DNA of 64,000 bases, taken from the NCBI GenBank assembly GCA_019752815.1, contig JAIELQ010000006.1, positions 1,577 to 65,576 of the forward strand, written 5' to 3'. This document shows, piece after piece, positions 17,696 through 27,551 of the stretch. The position numbers and the translations under genes are program-made. Origin of the DNA: Patescibacteria group bacterium. Its GTDB lineage: Bacteria > Patescibacteriota > Minisyncoccia > Phycocordibacterales > UBA918. Within the stretch, counting starts at the first letter, position 1. Every line of letters starts with the position of its first letter. The notes below the pieces were generated by a model. It made no database searches and was not told the DNA's origin. It saw only the letters and a program-made list of their open reading frames with translations.

Positions 17696-20600
17696 ATGTC
17701 GTTGTGTATCGACGCAGGGGTTGCAAAACTTGCTCAATTAACCCAAAAAAAATCAGTAAAAATTATTGGAGTAGGATTATTTCTCCTGGTAGTTCTTGCG
17801 ACGCTCATGTTTGGTACTCAGTTTTCTACAGCCGGACACCAATTTTCAAGTGGGTCAGGCACGGCTGCTGATCCGTATGTAATCGCTGATTGTACCGAAT
17901 TACAGTCTATAGATGACGAACCAGAAAATTTATACGCCCACTATATCCTTGCGGGAGATATCGACTGTTCGGGTATACCGTCTTTTGAAACAATTGGAAA
18001 TTACAACGATTTTACCGATACCTATGCACCGTTTCGGGGTTGGCTTGATGGGCAAGGGTACACAATTTCTAATGTATCGGTCGGGACCGCTGGTACTGAA
18101 CATAACGGAATATTTGCATCAATCCAAGGGGCGTCGATTAGAAATCTTAGACTCGATACTATCACTGTCAACGGCTCATCGTATTTAGGAGCGTTAGCGG
18201 GTGAGGCGGATCATTCTGCCTTGATAGGAATTTCAGTGACGAACTCTACCATCACGTCTCAAAATTCTGGCAGTATATATGTTGGTGGCCTAGTGGGGCT
18301 AGCGCTCACGAGTAGTTTTTATGGAATCTCGGTTGCTACTACAACGGTCACAACTGCCTTTTCTTCACCAACTACAAACGTACACGTGGGAGGAATTGCT
18401 GGAAATATTAACGGATTTTCCACTATAGAACGATCGATGTCTCAGGCCACTGTTACAGCTAATGTGTCAGCGGTGGGTGGTTTGGTTGGAAGTATCTCAT
18501 ATGCTTCAACCATTACAAATTCCTACTCTACGGCTGTAGTGAGTGGTTACAATCGAGTGGGGGGAATTACGGGGGCGTTTGACACCAGGGGAATTGATTC
18601 ATATATCGACTCCACCTACTCAGATGCGAGTACCACTGCCACCTTTATAAATGCTAATGTGGGTGGTATTAACGGTGGTTTAATTGGGGTCTCGACGGCA
18701 GATTTACATATCTCAAATTCTTTTGTAGTAGGGAGAGTGAGTAGTACCACCTTAAGTGGTGGTATTTCAGGAGTATCATCTTCAAACTTAAGTAACACGG
18801 TATATTACCCAGCTGGTACCAATCAAACCAGATGTACTGGTGGTGGAGCCTCGTATACTGCTTTGGAATGTACTACTAACAACTCGAGCGCGTACTATAA
18901 TTCAAGTGTAAATGAACCTCTGGCACAATGGGATTTTACCAATGTGTGGTCTGAGGTGTCGGGAGCTCGCCCTAGCCTCAATGTATTCCCGTACACTGAG
19001 CCAATCGGGGCAACCTCAATTACTACGTGTGCTGATCTCTCCCAAGCTGTTAAAGCCAATCCGGTTGGATGGTTTCTGTTAGGTAATAATGTCGATTGTA
19101 CTGTCGGCGTAGATAATATTCCGTTAAATGGAAATGTGGTTAACAACCCGCCGTTTCATGGAATTTTAGATGGGCAAGGATTTACCATTTCTGGTATTGC
19201 TGCGACGCGTACCAGTGCGACACAGTATCAAGCTGGACTTGGTCTGTTTAGTCGGTTGTACGGTGCCACGATTAGAAACGTAAATCTCGACGGCGGCGGA
19301 GTGACTGCACTTAGTGTTGATGTTGATCGGGTCGGGGGATTGGCTGGTACTGGTATGGCGGTCATGGTAAATAATGCCACGAGTTCTGTACCAGCCCGAA
19401 CCGGGGGGCAATTTGGTGGGGGTCTCATTGGGTATGGTTCAGGAGAATTTACGAATATTTCTGTTTCGGCTGATGTCGATTCCGTATTGGCGTCCTCTGA
19501 GTGTATGGGAGGTATCGTTGGTTGTGGTGGTGGGTTCATCAACATGGAAACAGTGTCCTACACTGGGTCGGTTACTGGGTACAACTTTGTCGGGGGAATC
19601 CTTGGGGTCGGTAGTTTTTTTCTAATTAATAATGCAACTTCCTCCGGAACCCTGACTGCGGGAGGTATCAGTGGAGGAATAGTGGGTGACTCAAATGGTA
19701 GCTTTGAGCTAACTTCAGTCATCGATCGTTCCTTTTCAAACATGGACATTTCACCTAATTACGCGGTTGATGCGAGCTTGGGTGTGGTTGGCGGGGTTGT
19801 TGGTAGTGCGGGTGGAGTCAGTATCATAAATAGTCGTTTTGCCGGTAGTATCAATATTGGGTTGGGGTATTCAACTTCAATTGGGGGCATTGCGGGGTAT
19901 ATTGGAACGAATGTGGAAGGTACACCATCAATGATTGCGAGCTCTTCGGTTAATGCCGTTATTACTTCAGTGGGAGATGGTACTAACCCGTTTATAGAAA
20001 ATATCGGTGGCTTAGTTGGAGATGCTGATGCTGTGGTGATAAGTACGAGCACTGCTTCTACTACCATGAGATTTGGTAGTGACACTGTAACAAATTATAT
20101 TAGTTCATTTTATAACATTGGCGGTTTGGTTGGGAATGGAGGTGGTCTCATGCAGATAAATAATGTAGAGACCCGTGGATCAATTACTGTTTATGAAGAT
20201 ACAACAGGTTCTACTGGATATGGGTACGGACTTGGTGGCTTCTTTGGCGCTTCGTACAATCCATCGCGTATCAGTAATGCTACTTCAAGTATCGATTTGT
20301 TGCTGTATTCGTATCAACCCGGAGGGGTGGGTAATTTTGCTGGTGAAATAATCAATGCCACTACTACTAATATTGTGACAACCGGTGCTATTACCATTGA
20401 CGCTGCTGATTACCCGTATAATGTCGGCGGCTTTGTCGGGTACGCTAACAATTTAATCGTTGGTACAACGACGGTATTAAGTGACCTCATGCTCACTGAT
20501 ACGGCTGGTTCCTACTCAGTGGCGGGATTTGCTGGCTATCTAAACAACTCGTCGGTATATACCACGTTTACTGATAGTATGATCACGATAAATTCCGGAA

Positions 20601-23600
20601 ATGCCTTTTCTACTGGTGCTTATTATATTGGTGGTTTCCTCGGTCGATCAGTCGGGAGCAACTTAACTGATACGTACGCCTCAACATCAATCACAGTGAC
20701 TTCGGTGGCACTAAATGCGCTCGCTGCTTCAGATATTGGTGGTTACGTGGGCGGGTTATTGGGTGGAACTAATACCATTACGAATGCCTATTCTTCTGGC
20801 GCACTCACACTGATTGCTAGTAGCACTGCTCCATATCAAAATGTGGGTGGGTTTATTGGTGCTTCGGAGAGTAATTTAAATAGTATTTCCAATACATTTA
20901 CGGTCAGTGCCATTTCTAGTTTGGCGTCTTCAACCCGAGTCGGCGGGTATATAGGTACATACGTTGGTGGGGAAACGTTTGCTGATAATCGGTACGATGT
21001 AACCCGAACAACGCGCACGCTTTGTTCAGGTATTGATGGGGTAGACCCGCTCTGGTGTAGTGCACAAAATATCGCCAACAGCACACCAACGTATTTCTAC
21101 ACCGCCACTAATCCACCACAATCTACTTGGAACTTTTTAGACATTTGGCTTGAACACCCAGATACGTACCCAACGTTTGGTGTTGGTGTTCCCGTGGGTA
21201 GCAGCACGCCGGCCACTGTCTCAACCCAAGCTGGGGTAGCGACGACGACAGAAACTAGTGCCGAGGTAGTCGGGGAGATCACCGATGTGGGAAGTGGAAC
21301 GGTGACAGAACGAGGGTTTGTATACGGAACGACGACATCACTTGGAGCGACAACGACGCAAACCAGTCTTGGCTACAGCACGGGGGCATTTACAGAAACA
21401 GTATCTGGATTAACGTGTGCTACCGCCTATTTTTTTGCGGCCTATGCGTCTGGTACTGAAGGGGTAGCATATGGTTCTACTGAGACATTTGTAACTAGTG
21501 CCTGCGCGGTCCCACCGCTCGCTACGTCCACCCCGCCAACGAACAATTCATCAGGTGGTAGTGCAACTCGAAATAGCGGCGACCGTGAGATAGTGATCCG
21601 TATTTGTCAGGTTACCAGAACAACATCTACGGGAGAGTTCATCTATGCTTCTCAAGATATAACGACCGTTGATGCGGAAGGTGTCCTCTTTGATGATACC
21701 GAAACCAAGTACCGTAATGCCATCATCCCTGCCTTTAGTTATCGTGTAGACGGCGAGCTCAAAACTTACTCCGGAAAAAATTTGAGTTCTGAAAATAATG
21801 TAATCTACAGCAATAATTGTATCCGCCCGACCGTGCCGGCAGTGGTTGCGGTGTCACCGCTACCTCAGAGTAATGTGCCCGTGATGGCTCCGCTCGTGCC
21901 ACCAAAGGAGATAGTTCCCTGTGATCCAAAAAATCTGCAAACCGTAATTACCTCTGCGCTCGGTAACGAAACTACTGTCAGTATAATGGTTCCCGCTAAC
22001 AGTATTTCTTCTACTCAGTTGAATGCCGCCGGTCGTGCTGAGTTTGAGGTGCTTCTCACCACGGCTGCAGTCGATGCGAACGTCGCCGCTGCCAAAAGTG
22101 CAAATTTCACTAACCTCTTGCTCAGTTTAATGAACACCGAAGGGAACACTTCGTCCATCGTGGTAAATGACATTGATACCCCATACAATCCACCTCTGCC
22201 AGCTGGTGTACGGAGGAATGAAAATGCAGTCAATGGGGTAGTAGAGTTTGTTAGTAGTGGTCCATGTACGCCGAGTCGGGCGACAGTACAAAATCCTCCC
22301 GCACGGCCAATCGTACCACCGGTTGCTGTTACCGTAACAAGTAGGATTATTGGGGAACAGATTTTGACTATTCTTGATGAAATTGACGTGACAGAGGCGA
22401 CTCTCCTCACTGAACCGTTTGTAATTACGGCCGCTGACGAACAAGGGAATTCTATAGAAGTATTTGATAAGCCATTTCCGGTAACGATTTCGAACCCGAA
22501 CGTGCGTACGGATGATGCGTATATCTATATCGTTAAACTCGATCGTGATAACGCTACGTGGTTTGAAGTGCCCTACGTCAGTGATGGTAATAACATTCGA
22601 ATTACGATTGAACAACCAGGAGAGTATTTTGTTTGGCTTTTGCCCAAGAAAGCCAATGCCTTTTCTGGCACGATTGAACCGGTGTCTAATCAGCCGTGGT
22701 TGGACTTCACGTTGCCTGGTTGGCTGATGTGGTTACTAACGCTGCTCGGACTAACAGCTGGAGTCGTTATGTTCCTTGGATTTATTTCTAAAATTCCTTT
22801 TTCGGTTACCAATGGACGCCCAATTGTTACGCAGGCTAGCCGTAATGTTTTTGGATTACTTGTCTTTAGAAAAAAAATTCAACCGTGGGGCACTATTTAT
22901 GATAGTGAAACAAAAGCGCCGCTTGATCCAGCGTACGTGGAGCTATTTGATGAAGCAGGTGTAAAAAGAAATGAAGCCATTACCGACCTTGATGGTAGGT
23001 ATGGATTCTTGGTCCCGCCGGGAGTCTATACCATGAATGTACGCAAATCTAATTACGTGTTTCCGTCTATTAAATTGCAGTCAGCTACCCGAGATATTAT
23101 CTATACTAATCTCTATCACGGCGGCCCAGTGACTGTTTCCGAAGCGGTCGCCTGTGACATTCCGATGGATGCGGTTGTGTTTGATTGGAACCAATACGAA
23201 AAACTTCGTACGAAACAAACTATTTTCTTCAGCCGACTCGATGTGGTAGTGGTGCAGGTACTGGATATTTTGTTCTTTGTAGGAGCGGTGGCTATGGTTC
23301 TGCAGTTTATGAATGCTATGAATATAGTGACTGGTATCCTCGCAATCATATATCTATTTTTATTTGTGATGCGTATCTATAGTGGTAAGCCAGCTTTGTA
23401 TGGTGTGGTTACCGAAGGTGGTAAGCCGTTGTCACATGCCGTAATAAAAATATACCAACAGGGTAGAGAGGTGGCTTCACGTATTACTGATGACAAAGGC
23501 AGATATATCGCCCTTGTTAACCCTGGAAGATACGAAGTGAGAATTGAAAAGCGTGTCAGTCAAGATCGGTTTGAAACGGTGTTAGAGCAAGCAGTAAAAT

Positions 23601-23650
23601 CAAAAAATGGGATGCTAAACGTCTGGCTTAAAGTTCCGGTCGGAAATTAG
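17696..23650 (+). CDS. giant surface protein: GLUG-type beta-helix repeats, FN3/Ig-like domains, C-terminal TMs and carboxypeptidase-regulatory-like domains
   Basis: GSGT..DPY.I, F.G.LDGQG.TIS, many VGGLVG repeats, ERGFVYG FN3-like motif, TDLDGRYGFLVPPG.Y and TDDKGRY...V.PG.Y. Confidence 0.8.
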   Translation: MSLCIDAGVAKLAQLTQKKSVKIIGVGLFLLVVLATLMFGTQFSTAGHQFSSGSGTAADPYVIADCTELQSIDDEPENLYAHYILAGDIDCSGIPSFETIGNYNDFTDTYAPFRGWLDGQGYTISNVSVGTAGTEHNGIFASIQGASIRNLRLDTITVNGSSYLGALAGEADHSALIGISVTNSTITSQNSGSIYVGGLVGLALTSSFYGISVATTTVTTAFSSPTTNVHVGGIAGNINGFSTIERSMSQATVTANVSAVGGLVGSISYASTITNSYSTAVVSGYNRVGGITGAFDTRGIDSYIDSTYSDASTTATFINANVGGINGGLIGVSTADLHISNSFVVGRVSSTTLSGGISGVSSSNLSNTVYYPAGTNQTRCTGGGASYTALECTTNNSSAYYNSSVNEPLAQWDFTNVWSEVSGARPSLNVFPYTEPIGATSITTCADLSQAVKANPVGWFLLGNNVDCTVGVDNIPLNGNVVNNPPFHGILDGQGFTISGIAATRTSATQYQAGLGLFSRLYGATIRNVNLDGGGVTALSVDVDRVGGLAGTGMAVMVNNATSSVPARTGGQFGGGLIGYGSGEFTNISVSADVDSVLASSECMGGIVGCGGGFINMETVSYTGSVTGYNFVGGILGVGSFFLINNATSSGTLTAGGISGGIVGDSNGSFELTSVIDRSFSNMDISPNYAVDASLGVVGGVVGSAGGVSIINSRFAGSINIGLGYSTSIGGIAGYIGTNVEGTPSMIASSSVNAVITSVGDGTNPFIENIGGLVGDADAVVISTSTASTTMRFGSDTVTNYISSFYNIGGLVGNGGGLMQINNVETRGSITVYEDTTGSTGYGYGLGGFFGASYNPSRISNATSSIDLLLYSYQPGGVGNFAGEIINATTTNIVTTGAITIDAADYPYNVGGFVGYANNLIVGTTTVLSDLMLTDTAGSYSVAGFAGYLNNSSVYTTFTDSMITINSGNAFSTGAYYIGGFLGRSVGSNLTDTYASTSITVTSVALNALAASDIGGYVGGLLGGTNTITNAYSSGALTLIASSTAPYQNVGGFIGASESNLNSISNTFTVSAISSLASSTRVGGYIGTYVGGETFADNRYDVTRTTRTLCSGIDGVDPLWCSAQNIANSTPTYFYTATNPPQSTWNFLDIWLEHPDTYPTFGVGVPVGSSTPATVSTQAGVATTTETSAEVVGEITDVGSGTVTERGFVYGTTTSLGATTTQTSLGYSTGAFTETVSGLTCATAYFFAAYASGTEGVAYGSTETFVTSACAVPPLATSTPPTNNSSGGSATRNSGDREIVIRICQVTRTTSTGEFIYASQDITTVDAEGVLFDDTETKYRNAIIPAFSYRVDGELKTYSGKNLSSENNVIYSNNCIRPTVPAVVAVSPLPQSNVPVMAPLVPPKEIVPCDPKNLQTVITSALGNETTVSIMVPANSISSTQLNAAGRAEFEVLLTTAAVDANVAAAKSANFTNLLLSLMNTEGNTSSIVVNDIDTPYNPPLPAGVRRNENAVNGVVEFVSSGPCTPSRATVQNPPARPIVPPVAVTVTSRIIGEQILTILDEIDVTEATLLTEPFVITAADEQGNSIEVFDKPFPVTISNPNVRTDDAYIYIVKLDRDNATWFEVPYVSDGNNIRITIEQPGEYFVWLLPKKANAFSGTIEPVSNQPWLDFTLPGWLMWLLTLLGLTAGVVMFLGFISKIPFSVTNGRPIVTQASRNVFGLLVFRKKIQPWGTIYDSETKAPLDPAYVELFDEAGVKRNEAITDLDGRYGFLVPPGVYTMNVRKSNYVFPSIKLQSATRDIIYTNLYHGGPVTVSEAVACDIPMDAVVFDWNQYEKLRTKQTIFFSRLDVVVVQVLDILFFVGAVAMVLQFMNAMNIVTGILAIIYLFLFVMRIYSGKPALYGVVTEGGKPLSHAVIKIYQQGREVASRITDDKGRYIALVNPGRYEVRIEKRVSQDRFETVLEQAVKSKNGMLNVWLKVPVGN

Positions 23651-23673
23651 ATTATTGTGGTACCATAGAACAT

Positions 23674-24114
23674 ATGTCTGATTTAAATAAAGTAGAAGCA
23701 GCAATTGCTACCTTCGAACAAAAATCGTTAGGTGAGGTAAAGGTCTTAATGGTGGAAGACGATCCTTTCTTGTCAGAGATGGTGTTAACTAAATTGTCAG
23801 CCGAAGGGTGTATTCCGTATTCAACCGCTGATGGGAGTGAGGCGCTTGGTCTTATTGAGCAATTTCGTCCACATGTTGTTCTGCTTGATCTGATGTTGCC
23901 AGGGATGTCGGGAGAAGAAATATTACAGCAACTCAAAACAAATCCAGAATTAAAAGATATTCCAGTAGTTATTTTTTCTAATAAAAGTGAGGAAGAGGGA
24001 ATTAGAGAAAGTTTAAATAATGGCGCTGCGCGGTACCTTGTTAAATCAGCCACTGACATCCAAAAGTTACCGGGTATTTTGGCTGAAGTAGTAGCCGAGA
24101 GTAAGAAAATTTAG
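23674..24114 (+). CDS. single-domain response regulator
   Basis: VEDD, LLDLMLPGMSG, IPVVIFSN, YLVK. Confidence 0.92.
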   Translation: MSDLNKVEAAIATFEQKSLGEVKVLMVEDDPFLSEMVLTKLSAEGCIPYSTADGSEALGLIEQFRPHVVLLDLMLPGMSGEEILQQLKTNPELKDIPVVIFSNKSEEEGIRESLNNGAARYLVKSATDIQKLPGILAEVVAESKKI

Positions 24115-24117
24115 TTA

Positions 24118-24355
24118 CAAAAAAAACACTCTCCCCGAGAGTGTTTTTTTGTTGCTCATTGGCGGCTACTGGGAATTGGTCAGGAGTCGATTTGAAACAT
24201 CGTCGCAAAGCTCCTTGTTTCAATATCGCTCACGACCCTGACTCGACTATGGCAAAGCCATATGTCTGCGTCTTTCGATTCTCTCCGCAAGCAAAGCAGT
24301 TTGCTTGCTCTAGCCGCCCATACGCAAAAATCCCCAAAGGGGGATTTTGCTCCTG
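24118..24355. repeat. tRNA-associated modular hairpin element (His locus)
   Basis: TTCGATTCTCTC-[CGCAAGCAAAGCAGTTTGCTTG]-CTCTAGCCGCCCA, GACTCGACTATGGCAAAGCCATATGTCT module, degenerate direct tRNA end at ~24160-24177. Confidence 0.8.
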
Positions 24356-24427
24356 GGCGGCTAGAGAGAATCGAACTCTCGATACCGGTTCCACAAACCG
24401 GAGTTTTACCACTAAACTATAGCCGCC
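24356..24427 (-). tRNA. tRNA-His(GTG)
   Basis: G-1 plus GCGGCTA acceptor, CCGGT-TTGTGGA-ACCGG anticodon arm, C discriminator. Confidence 0.92.
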
Positions 24428-24649
24428 ATTTTGACCTTGGGAGCGGAGCTCCTCGGTGCACACTGTTATACCTATTTTTTATGTAAAAGTCGAGTGGTGA
24501 CTACGGTAAGGCTAGAAAATAACAATTTATCTTGTATACTCATAGGTATATGAATCAAGAAACATTGCTTGTGGGGTTGTTTTTTATCTTTATGTTGGGG
24601 GCGGGAATTGGGTTTTATATTGCTAAAATGGTCTACTAGAGTTGGGTAT

Positions 24650-25786
24650 ATGACAACTCTTTTAGTCCGTAGTTTTTTTCTCCTCCTGTGTATATTAGTG
24701 CCAGCCGGATTGCAGGCTCAAGAAGTACATCAAGAACTGCAAGAAACCGTTAAGGCTAAGGTACTCGAAATTGTTGAACAGTCTGATCGGCAAATCATGG
24801 GGACTGATGCTACAACGACGGTGCAGACGCTGCGAATAGAGTTGCTGGCGGGCGAGAAGGTAGGACAGGTGATGTCGCTTGATAACGACATTATGGTCCT
24901 TGAGGTCGGTGATGTCATTTTTGTAAACCGATTAGTGGCGATTGATGATACGGAGTACCTGACATTCAAAGATATTGAGCGGCGACCACAGCTGTTTTGG
25001 ATGGCCTTGCTTATGGTTGCGCTGGTAATTGGATTTTCAGGCTGGCAGGGGATGCGAGCACTTATTAGTTTAGGATTGAGCATTTTCGCCATTATATTTT
25101 TACTCGTACCGGCGTTGCTCGCAGGGTATGAGCCGGCCCTCGTTAGTTTAGTCATTGCCGGTGTGATATTAGCCTCGTCACTCTTTTTGACACATGGTTT
25201 TAAACCCCGGGTGACGATTGCGTTTATCGGAACATTTAGTGCGGTCGGGGTAACGTGTTTGCTCGCGTGGTTATCGGTTGACTGGTTGCGTCTAACGGGG
25301 TTTGGGTCTGATGCGTCGGTGTATTTGAATTTCTCAACTGGTGGGACCCTCGATATCGCTGGGCTACTGCTCGGGAGTATTATCATCGGACTCCTTGGGG
25401 TGCTCGACGATGTATCGATTACCCAAGCGTCAGTCGTTCAAGAACTCAGGCGAGCCAATCTAGAATTGTCACCGTTTGAATTGTATAAGCGAGCAATTAA
25501 CGTTGGGCGGGACCATGTGGGGTCACTCGTAAATACTTTGGCGCTCGCGTACCTCGGTACCGCCTTGCCCCTCGTGATGTTTTATTCCCGGGCAAACGCT
25601 GATTTCTGGCAATCAGTTAATCAAGAAGTAATCGCGGCCGAAATATTACGTATTATCATCGGTAGTATTGGTCTTATATTAGCGGTTCCGTTCACAACAG
25701 CTGTGGCAGCTTGGTATTTTGGAAACAGGGAAGTGAGTGTTGATCACGACCATGAGCACGGTCATCACCACCATCATTCACATTAA
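24650..25786 (+). CDS. YibE/F family membrane protein with His-rich tail
   Basis: IG.LGVLDDV.ITQ, GRDHVGSLVNTL.LAY.G, GSIGLILAVP.TT. Confidence 0.88.
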   Translation: MTTLLVRSFFLLLCILVPAGLQAQEVHQELQETVKAKVLEIVEQSDRQIMGTDATTTVQTLRIELLAGEKVGQVMSLDNDIMVLEVGDVIFVNRLVAIDDTEYLTFKDIERRPQLFWMALLMVALVIGFSGWQGMRALISLGLSIFAIIFLLVPALLAGYEPALVSLVIAGVILASSLFLTHGFKPRVTIAFIGTFSAVGVTCLLAWLSVDWLRLTGFGSDASVYLNFSTGGTLDIAGLLLGSIIIGLLGVLDDVSITQASVVQELRRANLELSPFELYKRAINVGRDHVGSLVNTLALAYLGTALPLVMFYSRANADFWQSVNQEVIAAEILRIIIGSIGLILAVPFTTAVAAWYFGNREVSVDHDHEHGHHHHHSH

Positions 25787-25827
25787 TTTGGTATACTAGA
25801 AGCATTTAATCAACGTAATTATTGTAT

Positions 25828-26211
25828 ATGAAAGATTTTATCGAGGAATTCAAAGCGTTTGCAATGAAGGGAAATGTTATTGATTTAGCGGTAGCGGTGG
25901 TAATTGGAGCTGCATTTGGAAAAATTGTAGCGTCTTTAGTAGAAAACATTATTATGCCTGCTATTGGGATTATCCTCGGTGGGGTTGATTTTACAACCTG
26001 GTCACTTTCGGTCGGGGACGCAGAGATTACCTACGGAGTATTTATTCAAAGCGTCTTTGACTTTACGATTATTGCCTTTGTGATATTCCTCGTCGTGCGT
26101 GCCCTGTCACGATTTAAAAAGAAAGAATCTATTACACCGACTGTTACTCCGGAACCATCAGACGAGGTTAAGTTACTGATGGAAATCCGCGATAGTTTGC
26201 GGCGGGATTAA
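25828..26211 (+). CDS. mscL: large-conductance mechanosensitive channel
   Basis: EFKAFAMKGNVIDLAVAVVIGAAFGKIV, LL.EIRD.L. Confidence 0.96.
   Translation: MKDFIEEFKAFAMKGNVIDLAVAVVIGAAFGKIVASLVENIIMPAIGIILGGVDFTTWSLSVGDAEITYGVFIQSVFDFTIIAFVIFLVVRALSRFKKKESITPTVTPEPSDEVKLLMEIRDSLRRD
26173..26200 (+). repeat. left 28-bp direct repeat (mscL 3' end)
   Basis: Identical to 28921-28948. Confidence 0.95.
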
Positions 26212-26269
26212 ACATTAAATTGATTAGGAATAGGGTGTATTCACAAGCTATTGAACCATTACGGCACCC

Positions 26270-26298
26270 TTGCTTTTTCTTGAAAAACATGCTATAAT
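26270..26298 (+). promoter_or_regulatory. promoter of the DGR target gene
   Basis: TTGCTT-17 bp-TATAAT with extended -10 TG. Confidence 0.65.
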
Positions 26299-26322
26299 AC
26301 CAGCATTGTTCTTTAGTATTTA

Positions 26323-26376
26323 TTCGCCACAACTTGTTTCAAATAAAATTTTTAATTTGTAGCAAGTTGTGGCGAA
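26323..26376 (+). promoter_or_regulatory. long hairpin in the target-gene leader
   Basis: TTCGCCACAACTTG...CAAGTTGTGGCGAA perfect 14-bp inverted repeat. Confidence 0.6.
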
Positions 26377-26422
26377 GTCCATAAGGATTAGTTGTACAAC
26401 ATACAGAAAGTAGAGGCTTCCG

Positions 26423-27073
26423 ATGAGAACCATCGCTTCCCTCGTAGACACGGCGACCCAAATGGGTCAGACGGCAAAATGGCTACGTTTGCTTGCGGAG
26501 CTGGGTGTAACTCCTCAGCATCTCCAGCGAGCTATCGACAGCAAGTCCGCCCGCACCAATTTGGCGGAATTCTTGCAGGCCGATTGCCCGAAAATCAACT
26601 GGACCGACCCGAATGAGCCGAAAGCCAAACGGGTGAAGAAAGGCGCACAAACTTTCGACGAAGTCGCCTACTTCCAAACCCGTACGGGTCTCTGGGTTGA
26701 TGGTGATCTCGGTCGCTATGTGGGACTGAAAGTCCGTCCCTCTCGCTCGCACCTGGCGTTGAAACGCCGAGTGCTGTCGAAAAACGAGAGCGAAGCGACG
26801 ATGTTCGGTAAGTCTGGTTCCAATCAGTATGCTGAAACCTGCACGAACGCTGTCGATCTTGGTCAGATTGCTTGCAAGATTGACAGGCAATGGAATGGGG
26901 AGGAAGGTGAACTGTTGACTGACGGCAGTGCGAATATTTTCCCGGTCATCGGTCTTGATAGTGCGCTCCGCGTCGTGCGCGTCTATCGGCACGGTGGCGA
27001 GTGGTTCGTGCGCTGCGACCCGTTCAACCCCGACGACGTCTGGAGCACTGGCGACCAGGTGTTCCGCAACTAG
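26423..27073 (+). CDS. DGR target (variable) protein with C-terminal VR, probably CLec-like fold
   Basis: The last 36 codons match the TR except at adenines. Ends ..W..G..VFRN*, typical of DGR targets. Confidence 0.9.
   Translation: MRTIASLVDTATQMGQTAKWLRLLAELGVTPQHLQRAIDSKSARTNLAEFLQADCPKINWTDPNEPKAKRVKKGAQTFDEVAYFQTRTGLWVDGDLGRYVGLKVRPSRSHLALKRRVLSKNESEATMFGKSGSNQYAETCTNAVDLGQIACKIDRQWNGEEGELLTDGSANIFPVIGLDSALRVVRVYRHGGEWFVRCDPFNPDDVWSTGDQVFRN
26961..27071 (+). repeat. DGR variable repeat (VR)
   Basis: 111-bp ungapped match to 27426-27536 with 14 mismatches, all opposite TR adenines. Confidence 0.97.
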
Positions 27074-27425
27074 TCTTTGGGAACTTAGACCTAAAAAAGT
27101 CCTTAGCACTTCATCCTTAGTACTTTGTCCTTGTGACATTGTGCTAGGGGTGGAGGCTATTTTTGTATATACTTCCATACTATAATATATTGGCGTTTGT
27201 ACTGAGAGTCCGACTACGGTTTTACTCCATAACGTAAGTAACTGTCGACGCCAGAATAGCAGTGATCACGGTTTCTGCTAGTGTGCCCAGCATTACTTTT
27301 TAAAAAATATAATTAGTTGGTGAGATAGACTGGGCAATTATGATTGCGAATAAAATTCAACCCCCAGAGTATGTCAAAATTTCAAAGGGTGGTGGTAAGG
27401 ATGGTCTATCTCTCATATGTACCTG

Positions 27426-27536
27426 GTGCGCTCCGCGTCGTGAACGTCAATCGGAACGATGGCAAGTGGAACGTGAACTGCAACCCGTTCAACCCCGACA
27501 ACGTCTGGAACACTGGCAACCAGGTGTTCCGCAACT
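27426..27536 (+). ncRNA. DGR template repeat (TR)
   Basis: 11 AAY codons in the VR frame and 28 adenines. Differs from VR only at A. Confidence 0.95.
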
Positions 27537-27551
27537 CATATCATTTCTCCC

